A stretch of 64,000 nucleotides of DNA from the NCBI GenBank assembly GCA_035717985.1, contig DASTHW010000013.1:7656-71655 (forward strand), written 5' to 3'. The notes under the pieces were generated by a model that was given only the letters and a program-made list of their open reading frames with translations, was not told where the DNA came from and searched no databases. The translations under genes and the position numbers were made by a program. Of this stretch, positions 49,435 through 57,815 are shown piece after piece. The DNA comes from Candidatus Saccharimonadales bacterium (GTDB taxonomy: Bacteria > Patescibacteriota > Saccharimonadia > Saccharimonadales > UBA10212). How positions within the stretch are numbered: position 1 is the stretch's first letter; every line of letters begins with the position of its first letter.

Positions 49435-49461
49435 CTAGCACTCATAATAGTAGAGTGCCAA
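49435..49461 (-). promoter_or_regulatory. CIRCE (HrcA operator) overlapping groESL promoter
   Basis: CTAGCACTC-N9-GAGTGCCAA matches TTAGCACTC-N9-GAGTGCTAA; TTGACA on minus strand at 49468-49473. Confidence 0.9.
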
Positions 49462-49518
49462 ATTTGCTGTCAAGCCCTTTAACCCGTACTTGCTTTTCCA
49501 CAGGAATATTGGACAATA

Positions 49519-49547
49519 TTGCTTTCATAACCGTTCGGGTTTATACT
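49519..49547 (+). promoter_or_regulatory. sigma70-type promoter of GC-rich cassette 2
   Basis: TTGCTT-17 bp-TATACT. Confidence 0.55.
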
Positions 49548-49604
49548 CACTTTTAGTCCTATTCACATCTACACCGTCCAATCTGGACGGAGAGGGGAGT
49601 ACCC

Positions 49605-50048
49605 GTGCGAAAGGGCACCTTGGTCCATGGGGACCTGATGGTGGCGATCGTCCGTAGGGGACGGGGCTGGCGCGTCCGCGTCACCCGCCCCCGCGGCCAC
49701 AAGGATCTGCCGCCGCGCGTGCTGGGGCTCATGCTCCTGCATTTCGAGCACTCAGAGCTGTGCCCGAAGGGGCAGGAGTACCGGCCCGGCAGAACGCTGG
49801 ACGAGACGGGGAGGCGCTTCATCCTCGTCGACGGTCCCCTGGACGATTCGTTCTGCACCGATGAGTGCCAGCGGAGCCTGGCCTCGTCGCACGCGAGCGA
49901 CATCGTCGGAAGGTGCTTCGAAGTGGCCGCCAGCGAGGAGGCCATCACGGACAAGGTCGACGCCGGTGCGGGCGAGCCCGAGCCGGCCAAGCACTCCAGG
50001 CGCCAGCGCCTGCCGGCACGTGTCTACGCTCCCGCTCGCGCGGCCTGA
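49605..50048 (+). CDS. GC-rich orphan protein (cassette 2) with C...FCxxxC motif
   Basis: RBS GAGGGGAG before GTG, strongly G/C-ending codons, hairpins after stop. Confidence 0.6.
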   Translation: MRKGTLVHGDLMVAIVRRGRGWRVRVTRPRGHKDLPPRVLGLMLLHFEHSELCPKGQEYRPGRTLDETGRRFILVDGPLDDSFCTDECQRSLASSHASDIVGRCFEVAASEEAITDKVDAGAGEPEPAKHSRRQRLPARVYAPARAA

Positions 50049-50120
50049 CCAGCAAACACCGGTCAGGCGCCCGCGCCGAACAAATTCTCTGAAAGGAGGT
50101 GTGGCCTAGGCCAGATGGGC

Positions 50121-50227
50121 GGCGAAGGCGCGGTAAGCAAACTCCGCGCCTTCGCCCCCGGCCCTTAGCCGGATAGGGCTAACCAGCCGCGTTTTCTGCT
50201 TATTTCTCACGGGCAGAAACCGCGGCT
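50121..50227 (+). terminator. stacked GC hairpins/terminator of cassette 2
   Basis: 13-bp perfect stem 50121-50156; second long stem 50185-50227 followed by TTTA. Confidence 0.6.
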
Positions 50228-50308
50228 TTAGTCGTTTAATAAACTTAGCTATGTATCTTTACCGGCTAAGCGCTTTTGGTTCAGTCTAATCTGAGATCCA
50301 GTTTTCTT

Positions 50309-51607
50309 TTATTCAGTGAGCAGTTCGCGGGCGATTTGCCTCTCGTCCCACGGCTCATCTACCCCGCCCATATTGCGGGTGGTCTGGTGGCCGATGCCAG
50401 CCAGCAGTACGGCGTCACCGCGCCGGGCCGAGTTAAAGGCTGTAATAATTGCCTCCCGGCGGTCGCCGATAATTTTGGTTCTGCCTTCCCCGCCGGCTTT
50501 TTTAATACCGGCATAGACTGACTGGCGGATGGCCTCGGGGTCCTCAGTGTACGTCTCATCATCAGTTAGAAAAATAAGATCGGCATTTTTGGCCGCCGCC
50601 TCGCCCATTATCGGCCGCTTAGTCTTATCGCGGTCGCCAGTAGCTCCAAACACCACCAGTACTCTTCCCACCGCCGACTTGCCGATTTCCTGCAGGGTCC
50701 GCTCTAGGGCCTCCGGTGTTACAGCATAATCAACTATCACTTCAAAGGGCTGGCCAGCTGAGATCTTTTCCATCCGGCCCGGCACCGCCTCTAGCGCCCC
50801 CACCCCTTTCTCGATCTGTTGGCGAGTTAGCCCTAAGACCTGCCCTACGCCCACGGCCGCTAAGGTGTTATAAACGTTAAAATGGCCCACTAGCTTACTT
50901 TTTATGTGAAAGGCTTGGCCGTTAAGTTCGGCCCGGTAAGAGATACCAGTCGGCTGGCTGACTACGCCCTTAGCCCTTAGTTCGCCGTGATTGATGCCGT
51001 ATAAAACTGAATGCTTGATAACTTTAGCAAACAGGTTGACGCTGTCGTCATCGGCGTTAATGACCCCTGTCCGCAGGCCGCTGTGGTGGCGATTGGTCAT
51101 TTTAAATAAACAGCGTTTAGCCTCACGGTAGCGCTTAAAGGTACCGTGATAATCCAGGTGTTCATGACTAATATTAGTTAAAACGGCTATCGAATACGGC
51201 AGGCTCCAAACCCGGTGCTGAGCCAGAGCGTGGCTGGAAGTCTCTAGCACCAGCCAGTCGATTTTTTGACGCTTCATTTCCTTAATTCGTCTTAGCAAAA
51301 TCGGCACTGGTACAGTGGTCATATGCTCTTTTTGAGGTTTAATATCAAGTCCCACGCCCCAACCGACAGTTGTCATAACGCCGACGTTATAGCCGGCCTC
51401 AAGTAACATCCGATGAATTAAAAAGCAGGTTGTTGTCTTACCGTCGGTACCAGTTACGCCGATAACATTCATCCCCCGGGCCGGAAAACCGTGAACGACA
51501 TTTAAAATAATCGCCTCGGCCCAGTGGCCGTAAGGCTCTACCAGTCTAAATAAGCGTCTAGGAATTAGCTTTTTGACTAATTTTCTGGGATTCATATCTA
51601 GATTCAT
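50309..51607 (-). CDS. murE: Mur ligase, MurE-like
   Basis: GVTGTDGKTTT, LETSSH, EHLDYH, PGRME, GDRD..KRP.MG. Confidence 0.88.
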   Translation of the reverse strand: MNLDMNPRKLVKKLIPRRLFRLVEPYGHWAEAIILNVVHGFPARGMNVIGVTGTDGKTTTCFLIHRMLLEAGYNVGVMTTVGWGVGLDIKPQKEHMTTVPVPILLRRIKEMKRQKIDWLVLETSSHALAQHRVWSLPYSIAVLTNISHEHLDYHGTFKRYREAKRCLFKMTNRHHSGLRTGVINADDDSVNLFAKVIKHSVLYGINHGELRAKGVVSQPTGISYRAELNGQAFHIKSKLVGHFNVYNTLAAVGVGQVLGLTRQQIEKGVGALEAVPGRMEKISAGQPFEVIVDYAVTPEALERTLQEIGKSAVGRVLVVFGATGDRDKTKRPIMGEAAAKNADLIFLTDDETYTEDPEAIRQSVYAGIKKAGGEGRTKIIGDRREAIITAFNSARRGDAVLLAGIGHQTTRNMGGVDEPWDERQIARELLTE

Positions 51608-51719
51608 TTCCTTTCAGATGGCGGGCACTAGTTCAGATAATCAGCTTAGCTTACGGCTTTAGTATACTATTACAACTGATGAGCGCAGTTAGAATTTATA
51701 AGACTTTGAAAGTTAGCTC

Positions 51720-52778
51720 GTGACGATACTAGGTATTGAAACATCTTGCGATGAGACAGCCGCCGCCGTAGTTGAAGACGGCCAAAACATGCTTAGCAAT
51801 GTGGTGGCTTCCAGTGTTGACCTGCATAAAGCTTACGGCGGCGTAGTGCCGGAAATTGCCGCCCGTAGCCATCTGGAGGTTATTACCCCTGTCATTGAAG
51901 AGGCTTTGACCACCGCCAAACGCCGCTGGTCAGACATCGACGCTATCGCCGTCACCCAGGGGCCGGGCCTGGCCGGCTCACTTTTGATCGGTGTCGTTAC
52001 CGCTAAAAGCTTAGCTATGACAAAGAATAAGCCTCTTTACCCGATTAACCACGTTGAGGCGCACATCTATGCCAATTTTATTACTGGCTCAACCCTCGCT
52101 GGCTATCAACTACTGCAAAAAGCCCCTGCCCTACCCCTGTTAGCTCTAATTATCTCCGGCGGTCATAGCCATCTAATTTATCTAGAGGCGCCCGGCAAAT
52201 ACCAAGTCATTGGCCGCACCCTAGATGATGCCGTGGGCGAAGCTTTTGATAAAGTGGCTAAACTGCTAGGCTTGCCCTACCCCGGCGGCCCGTCTATCTC
52301 TCACGCCGCCGAGAGGGGTAATGCCTCTGCTTATAAACTGCCGAAGGCCCACACCGACGGCCCATATGACTTTAGCTTTTCCGGCCTTAAAACAGCGGTG
52401 CTGAGAACTGCCCAGACGGCCGCCGGCCACGATTTTAGCCTGCCCTCCACCCGCCTGCCAGCACTATTAACAGATAAGCAAAAGGTTGATTTGGCCGCCA
52501 GCTTTCAGGCCACGGCCTTAGAGACACTGGTTGATAAACTGGCAAAAGCCGTAGATGATTTCCAGCCGGCGTCAGTTGTAATAGGCGGCGGCGTAGCCGC
52601 TAATAAACCCCTGCGAGCTCTTGTAACAAAACGCTTAAAAACAGAGGTAGAGTACGCCGACCCGCGGCTATGTACTGATAATGGTGCCATGATAGCCGGA
52701 TTAGCCTTTTTCATGGCCCAGGCTGGCCCGCCTGCCCCTCCAGCTAGCTGGGATGTTGAACCTAACCTAGCCTTATAA
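51720..52778 (+). CDS. tsaD: tRNA N6-threonylcarbamoyltransferase
   Basis: GIETSCDET, GGVVPEIAAR.H, HVEAH, SGGH, FSFSGLKT, TDNGAMI. Confidence 0.97.
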   Translation: MTILGIETSCDETAAAVVEDGQNMLSNVVASSVDLHKAYGGVVPEIAARSHLEVITPVIEEALTTAKRRWSDIDAIAVTQGPGLAGSLLIGVVTAKSLAMTKNKPLYPINHVEAHIYANFITGSTLAGYQLLQKAPALPLLALIISGGHSHLIYLEAPGKYQVIGRTLDDAVGEAFDKVAKLLGLPYPGGPSISHAAERGNASAYKLPKAHTDGPYDFSFSGLKTAVLRTAQTAAGHDFSLPSTRLPALLTDKQKVDLAASFQATALETLVDKLAKAVDDFQPASVVIGGGVAANKPLRALVTKRLKTEVEYADPRLCTDNGAMIAGLAFFMAQAGPPAPPASWDVEPNLAL

Positions 52779-52875
52779 AGCTAGCCGGCTTGATAGTAAT
52801 TCGGGGTAAATCAGTTTCATATGAAAGGTATTTGGCCTTTAGTCAAGCCCCCGTTAGCGGTATACTGTAGCAAAG

Positions 52876-55458
52876 ATGAAATTACCGCACGTCTACGAAC
52901 CAGGAAAATACGAAGCCGACATATATCTGCTATGGGAACGCAATGAAGCTTTTCGCCCGGCTAACAGAGGCGGGGAAGGGCACTTCAGTGTGGTTTTCCC
53001 GCCGCCCAATGCTAACGGTGACTTGCATATGGGTCACGCCCTGACTACGGCTATTCAAGATTCTTTGGTGCGCTATAACCGGATGACCGGCCAGCCGACA
53101 ATATTTGTGCCAGGGGCCGACCATGCCGGCTTTGAGACCTGGGTGGTTTATGAGCGCAAGCTAAACGAGCAGGGCAAAAGCCGCTTTGATTTCACTCGAG
53201 AAGAGTTATATAAGCAGGTTTGGGACTTCGTCCAAGCCAATCGGCATAATTTTGAGGCTCAGCTGAGGGCTTTGGGCGCCAGCTTTGACTGGGGTCAGTT
53301 TACTTTTACCCTCGACGGCAAGGTGGTTAAAAGTTCTTATAGCCTCTTTAAAAAAATGTGGGATGAGGGCCTGATCTATAGAGGTCTAAGAATAGTCAAC
53401 TTCTGTACTTTTCACGGCACCAGCTTTTCGGACATTGAGGTGATCCACGAGGATGAGGACAGCCGCCTATGGCATATCGCCTACCCCCTGAGTGACGGCA
53501 GTGGGGAAGTGGTGGTAGCGACCACCCGCCCCGAGACTATGCTTGGTGATACCGCTGTGGCCGTAAATCCCGATGATGATAGATATAAATCTGTTGTAGG
53601 AAAAACTATTAAACTCCCCTTATCTAAGCGGGAAATTCCGATTGTAGCCGACAAAATGGTGGATCCCCAGTTTGGCAGTGGTGCCGTAAAAGTGACTCCG
53701 GCCCACGACCCGAATGACTTTGAAGTAGCGGGTCGCCATAATTTACCACTAATCGAAGTCATAACCACCGAAGGTAAAATCGGCCCTAAAGCGCCAAAAC
53801 CGTTCCGGGGACTGACGGTTAGCCAGGCTCGCTCAGCCGTCGAAAAGGCTTTGGAAGAGCAGGGGTTTATGCGCGGCTCAGAACCTTACCGCCACGCTGT
53901 TGGTAAGTGCTATAAGTGCGGCACAGTCATCGAGCCCCTGCCGCGCCAGCAATGGTTTGTTAAGATGCGCTCGCTCGCTGAAAAGGCGGAGCGCTATTTA
54001 AATCATGACCAAATTAAGTTTTACCCGGCCAGTAAGAAAAAGCAGGTCTTAAATTATCTTGCCGAAGTTAAAGATTGGAATATTAGCCGCCAGATTGCCT
54101 GGGGCATACCGATCCCGGCATTCGTTAATACCAAAGATGAGAACGACTGGATTTTTGACGAGCGGGTCAATAAACAGACCATCAAGGTGGACGGGGTTAC
54201 TTACCGGCGCGACCCGGACGTTTTTGATACTTGGTTTTCCAGCGGCCAGTGGCCGTTTGTGACTTTGGACTACCCGGACGGGCCCGCCTTCAAACAATTT
54301 TACCCCTTAAGCCTGATGGAGACCGGCGGCGAGATTTTATACCAGTGGGTGGCCCGCATGATTATGCTGGGGCTTTATGTGACCGATGAGGTACCGTTTA
54401 AAAACGTTTATATCCACGGCTACGTGCTGGCTGAAGACGGCGCCAAGATGAGTAAAAGCCTGGGTAATGTTATCAATCCGCTGGATATCATCGGTGAATT
54501 TGGCTCCGACGCCCTGCGTATGGGTCTGCTAACCGGCCGGCGGCCCGGGATTAATCAGGGTTATCATCCGGCCAAAATCAAAGGTGGCCGCAATTTTGCC
54601 AACAAATTATGGAACATTGCCCGCTATACCGAAGATAAAGTTGGCGATGTGCCCGAGTTTCAGCCGTCGCTTACGGCTAATACTCTAGCTGAGCATTGGA
54701 TTTTGGCCAGGGCAGGGGAGACAGCAAGGGCTGTCGGGCAGGCGCTAGAAAATTACCGTCTCAGCGAGGCCTACGAGCATGTTTATGAATATATTTGGCA
54801 CGATTTAGCCGACTGGTACATAGAAGTTAGCAAAACCGAGCCTAATCCGGCCCTGCTAGCTGGCGTTCTCCAGCTGTCGCTTAAGCTGGTGCACCCGTTT
54901 GCGCCGTTTATCAGCGAGACTATCTGGCAGACTCTGGCCTGGACGCGCGACAGCCTGCTGGCTATCCAGCGCTGGCCGGCGCAAGCAGATCACGACCCAG
55001 CAAAAGCCAGCCAGTTTCAAGATTTAGTCGAGATTATCAGCGAAATCCGCCGCATTAACGCCGCTATGGGAGTCAAGGCGCCAGCGCTTTACTTTAGAGA
55101 CTCTGAGCTGATTAAGGGTAATGCCGGACTTATCCAGCGGCTGGCCGGCGTCTCAGCCGTGCAGGAATCAGGCGTACCAAAAAGCTTTGGGATTAGGATT
55201 AACAAAGTCGGCTTTGACTGCTGGCTAAATGTCGACACCGCCACCACCCAGGCCTATCTGGATAAGTTAATCGACCAAAGGCTAGTCCATCAAAAAAATA
55301 TAGATAATCTGCAGGCCCGTCTGAATAACCAGGGCTATCTAAAGCAGGCGCCGGCCGAGGTGGTTAATCAAAGCCGCGAGGGATTACAAAAAGAGCAGGC
55401 CCTGCTTAGCCAGATTCAATCGGAAATTGATAATTTTTCCAATCTGGCTGGAAGCTAA
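52876..55458 (+). CDS. valS: valine--tRNA ligase
   Basis: PPPNANG.LHMGH, TTRPET, DWNISRQ, DTWFSS, KMSKS. Confidence 0.97.
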   Translation: MKLPHVYEPGKYEADIYLLWERNEAFRPANRGGEGHFSVVFPPPNANGDLHMGHALTTAIQDSLVRYNRMTGQPTIFVPGADHAGFETWVVYERKLNEQGKSRFDFTREELYKQVWDFVQANRHNFEAQLRALGASFDWGQFTFTLDGKVVKSSYSLFKKMWDEGLIYRGLRIVNFCTFHGTSFSDIEVIHEDEDSRLWHIAYPLSDGSGEVVVATTRPETMLGDTAVAVNPDDDRYKSVVGKTIKLPLSKREIPIVADKMVDPQFGSGAVKVTPAHDPNDFEVAGRHNLPLIEVITTEGKIGPKAPKPFRGLTVSQARSAVEKALEEQGFMRGSEPYRHAVGKCYKCGTVIEPLPRQQWFVKMRSLAEKAERYLNHDQIKFYPASKKKQVLNYLAEVKDWNISRQIAWGIPIPAFVNTKDENDWIFDERVNKQTIKVDGVTYRRDPDVFDTWFSSGQWPFVTLDYPDGPAFKQFYPLSLMETGGEILYQWVARMIMLGLYVTDEVPFKNVYIHGYVLAEDGAKMSKSLGNVINPLDIIGEFGSDALRMGLLTGRRPGINQGYHPAKIKGGRNFANKLWNIARYTEDKVGDVPEFQPSLTANTLAEHWILARAGETARAVGQALENYRLSEAYEHVYEYIWHDLADWYIEVSKTEPNPALLAGVLQLSLKLVHPFAPFISETIWQTLAWTRDSLLAIQRWPAQADHDPAKASQFQDLVEIISEIRRINAAMGVKAPALYFRDSELIKGNAGLIQRLAGVSAVQESGVPKSFGIRINKVGFDCWLNVDTATTQAYLDKLIDQRLVHQKNIDNLQARLNNQGYLKQAPAEVVNQSREGLQKEQALLSQIQSEIDNFSNLAGS

Positions 55459-56315
55459 AACTCCAGCACCTGCCGGGCCCGCTCGATACCTTCCTCGGGC
55501 CGGTAATCATCAAACCACAGCACGTGCCAGCCTAGGCGGTCGGCGGCCATCAGATTGGAACGGCCGTCATCAATAAGTAAAATTTCCTGAGCGCTTACTC
55601 CAGCTTTGGCTTGAGCAATTTCGTAGATTTTATCTTCGGGTTTAATGGATTTTACCTCGGCCGAGTCGATAATCAGTTCATAATCGACTCTAGGAATAAC
55701 GCCTTGAGATAACAGTTCACGGGTAAATCCCGGCATATTATTGGTCAGCAGGCCCAAACGGTAACTACCAGCGATCCAGTCAACTAGCGCGTCAATGCCC
55801 GGCATGGCTTCGATATTGGCCATATAGTAGTGCTTCCAGTCAAAACCAGAAAGTCCCAGCTCGTCGGCGAAAATGCCGTTAAAATCGGCGTAAGACAGCT
55901 CTCCGCGGCAAACGGCGTCGTTATGCCGCCAAAACAAGGTCTCGACAATGTCGGCGCTGACGGCCGCCTCCTGGGCGATCTGGCCAAAAGCCCGGTGAAA
56001 AAAGCGCACCAGCACGCCGTTAACATCCAAAAAGACAAAGCTGACCCCAGTTTTAGAGCGCTTTTTATCGGTGCCGTCCCCGGCCCGCTTGTTAAGCTCG
56101 ATATTTAGTAATTCCTCTAGTGATACACCTGTAGCGGCGGCGATAGAGGCCACCGTAAATACTGATGGTGACCGGATAGCCCCGCGTTCGATTTTGGCTA
56201 GGGTGGAATAAGACAGGCCGGCCTTTTGGCACAGCTCCTGCTGAGTCATTTTGGCCTGGCGCCGGGCCTGCGCCAGCCGTTTACCAAGCGCCTTTTCATC
56301 CATCAGCGGTGCCAC
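55455..56315 (-). CDS. XRE-type HTH fused to HAD hydrolase
   Basis: MTQQEL...GLSYSTLAKIERG; FLDVNGV, LTNN, KP...IY, LIDD. Confidence 0.88.
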   Translation of the reverse strand: MAPLMDEKALGKRLAQARRQAKMTQQELCQKAGLSYSTLAKIERGAIRSPSVFTVASIAAATGVSLEELLNIELNKRAGDGTDKKRSKTGVSFVFLDVNGVLVRFFHRAFGQIAQEAAVSADIVETLFWRHNDAVCRGELSYADFNGIFADELGLSGFDWKHYYMANIEAMPGIDALVDWIAGSYRLGLLTNNMPGFTRELLSQGVIPRVDYELIIDSAEVKSIKPEDKIYEIAQAKAGVSAQEILLIDDGRSNLMAADRLGWHVLWFDDYRPEEGIERARQVLEF

Positions 56316-56379
56316 CCCTCATAGCCATATAATATCAGAAGCCGGCCGGCCGGCGGAAGAAAATTAGCTAAAATTGATA

Positions 56380-56772
56380 CTAGAAGGCTAGTTTTTGGGC
56401 CATGTCTGCCAAGGCTGAGTGATTCGGCTCTGGATCAGCTGGCCGCCGAGCATAATAGTTTTCGGCAGAATTAAACGGGATCAGATGAACATGGGCATGC
56501 GGAACTTCTTCACCAATCACCTTCACACCCACGAATCTTACACTCAGAACATCACGAATACGGCGAGCCACTAGCTTAACTGTGGCCATCAGGGCCTGGT
56601 AATCGTCATCTGGTAAATCCCATAAAAACTCTATTTGAGTCTTAGGAATTACTAAGGCATGGCCGGGCTGGATTGGATTTATGTCCAGAAATGCTAGGGT
56701 TTTGTCGTCTTCATAGATTTTATGAGCCGGGATTTCGCCCTTGATGATTTTGGTAAAAATGCTGTCGGCCAT
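56380..56772 (-). CDS. HIT family protein
   Basis: SIFTKII.GEIP, PGH.LVIPK, HAHVHLIP. Confidence 0.96.
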   Translation of the reverse strand: MADSIFTKIIKGEIPAHKIYEDDKTLAFLDINPIQPGHALVIPKTQIEFLWDLPDDDYQALMATVKLVARRIRDVLSVRFVGVKVIGEEVPHAHVHLIPFNSAENYYARRPADPEPNHSALADMAQKLAF

Positions 56773-56949
56773 TTATTTGATCCAGCTTTTTAAGACAAAG
56801 AAAACAATAATAAAAATCAGCAAAGCACAAATGCCGGCGGCCTGGACCGATTGGCGGGTATTACTGGCACCGCCCCGCCGCTGAAATTTGGTATAAATCC
56901 AGCTACCGGAACCGATAGCGAATAAAAAGCTAACTACTGCCGGACCCAT
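56773..56949 (-). CDS. small two-TM membrane protein (58 aa)
   Basis: Manual translation MGPAVVSFLFAIGSGSWIYTKF...ICALLIFIIVFFVLKSWIK; stop abuts HIT start. Confidence 0.7.
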   Translation of the reverse strand: MGPAVVSFLFAIGSGSWIYTKFQRRGGASNTRQSVQAAGICALLIFIIVFFVLKSWIK

Positions 56950-56976
56950 AAATAAATGATATCAGATTAGTGTTTG

Positions 56977-57005
56977 TTGATTTAATAAAGTTTTTATTGT
57001 ATAGT
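56977..57005 (+). promoter_or_regulatory. sigma70-type promoter of GC-rich cassette 3
   Basis: TTGATT-17 bp-TATAGT. Confidence 0.55.
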
Positions 57006-57043
57006 ATACATGTACGTTGACAGCTGGCGAGCCACGTATTCCT

Positions 57044-57111
57044 TGGACCCGAATCCCGCTTGAAAAAAGCGGAACAGTGGACCCGAATCCCGCTTGAAAA
57101 AAGCGGAACAG
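57044..57111 (+). repeat. perfect tandem duplication, 2 x 34 bp, each with a hairpin
   Basis: TGGACCCGAATCCCGCTTGAAAAAAGCGGAACAG at 57044-57077 and 57078-57111. Confidence 0.95.
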
Positions 57112-57122
57112 AAAGGAATGAC

Positions 57123-57533
57123 ATGGCAATTTTCTACAGATGCACCAACAACGGTACGACCGCAGTCGTTCCGGAGAACGTGTACGAGCAGATCCAGGCC
57201 CAACACGACTGGTGGATGAGGGTGCAGAGGGAGACTGGCGGCCGCGAGCCGATCGAGTCGCCGGAGTACCCCAAGCCCATCTTCACCTTCGTGCGGAGGG
57301 AGCACCTCGGTCCGGACCTCCACCTCAGGAACTACGTGACCGCCAGCCTCGAGCTGATGGACACGCTCCTGCAGGGGCATGTGGTCTTCAGCGGGGAGTT
57401 CTACGTGCCGTTCAGCAATAGTATCGAGCTGAACGACCACGACCCGCGTGCTGAAGGCGAGAGGACCTTCCGGACGACACTCGAGCAGGCCATCAAGGCC
57501 TTCGAGCTCGTCCGGGCAGGCACTACGCAGTAA
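57123..57533 (+). CDS. GC-rich orphan protein (cassette 3), 136 aa
   Basis: SD GAAAGGA before ATG 57123 (MAIFYRC...), strongly G/C-ending codons, terminator after. Confidence 0.7.
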   Translation: MAIFYRCTNNGTTAVVPENVYEQIQAQHDWWMRVQRETGGREPIESPEYPKPIFTFVRREHLGPDLHLRNYVTASLELMDTLLQGHVVFSGEFYVPFSNSIELNDHDPRAEGERTFRTTLEQAIKAFELVRAGTTQ

Positions 57534-57563
57534 GAGCAGGCGGGTTCGCCGCTCATCGTACAG

Positions 57564-57618
57564 CCGGGATCGGTGCGGGCGCGCTCTCAGCGCGCCCGCA
57601 TCCCCGGACTTTCTATTT
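57564..57618 (+). terminator. intrinsic terminator of cassette 3
   Basis: TGCGGGCGCGCT-CTC-AGCGCGCCCGCA stem extended by CCGGG/CCCGG, then ACTTTCTATTT. Confidence 0.8.
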
Positions 57619-57691
57619 GTAAGACGCAGGAACCCCGATAAGACTTCTTAAATCGCTAAACACTAGGCTATAATTACCTCTGTTCTTACGC

Positions 57692-57783
<92 letters not shown>

Positions 57784-57815
57784 AAGAAGAAAGGGTGGCC
57801 CCGGCCCGCTAAAGT

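Noticed and set aside
49559-50109. Alternative frames over cassette 2 (and over cassettes 1 and 3)
   Set aside because: High GC suppresses stop codons; only the chosen frames have an RBS, G/C third-position bias and matching promoter/terminator orientation
50115-50168. 17-aa ORF after the strong SD at 50091
   Set aside because: The start is 13 nt from the SD and the ORF lies within a perfect hairpin; no coding support
57044-57111. Possible mini-CRISPR (34-bp hairpin repeat)
   Set aside because: The two copies are adjacent with no spacer and there are no cas genes in the window
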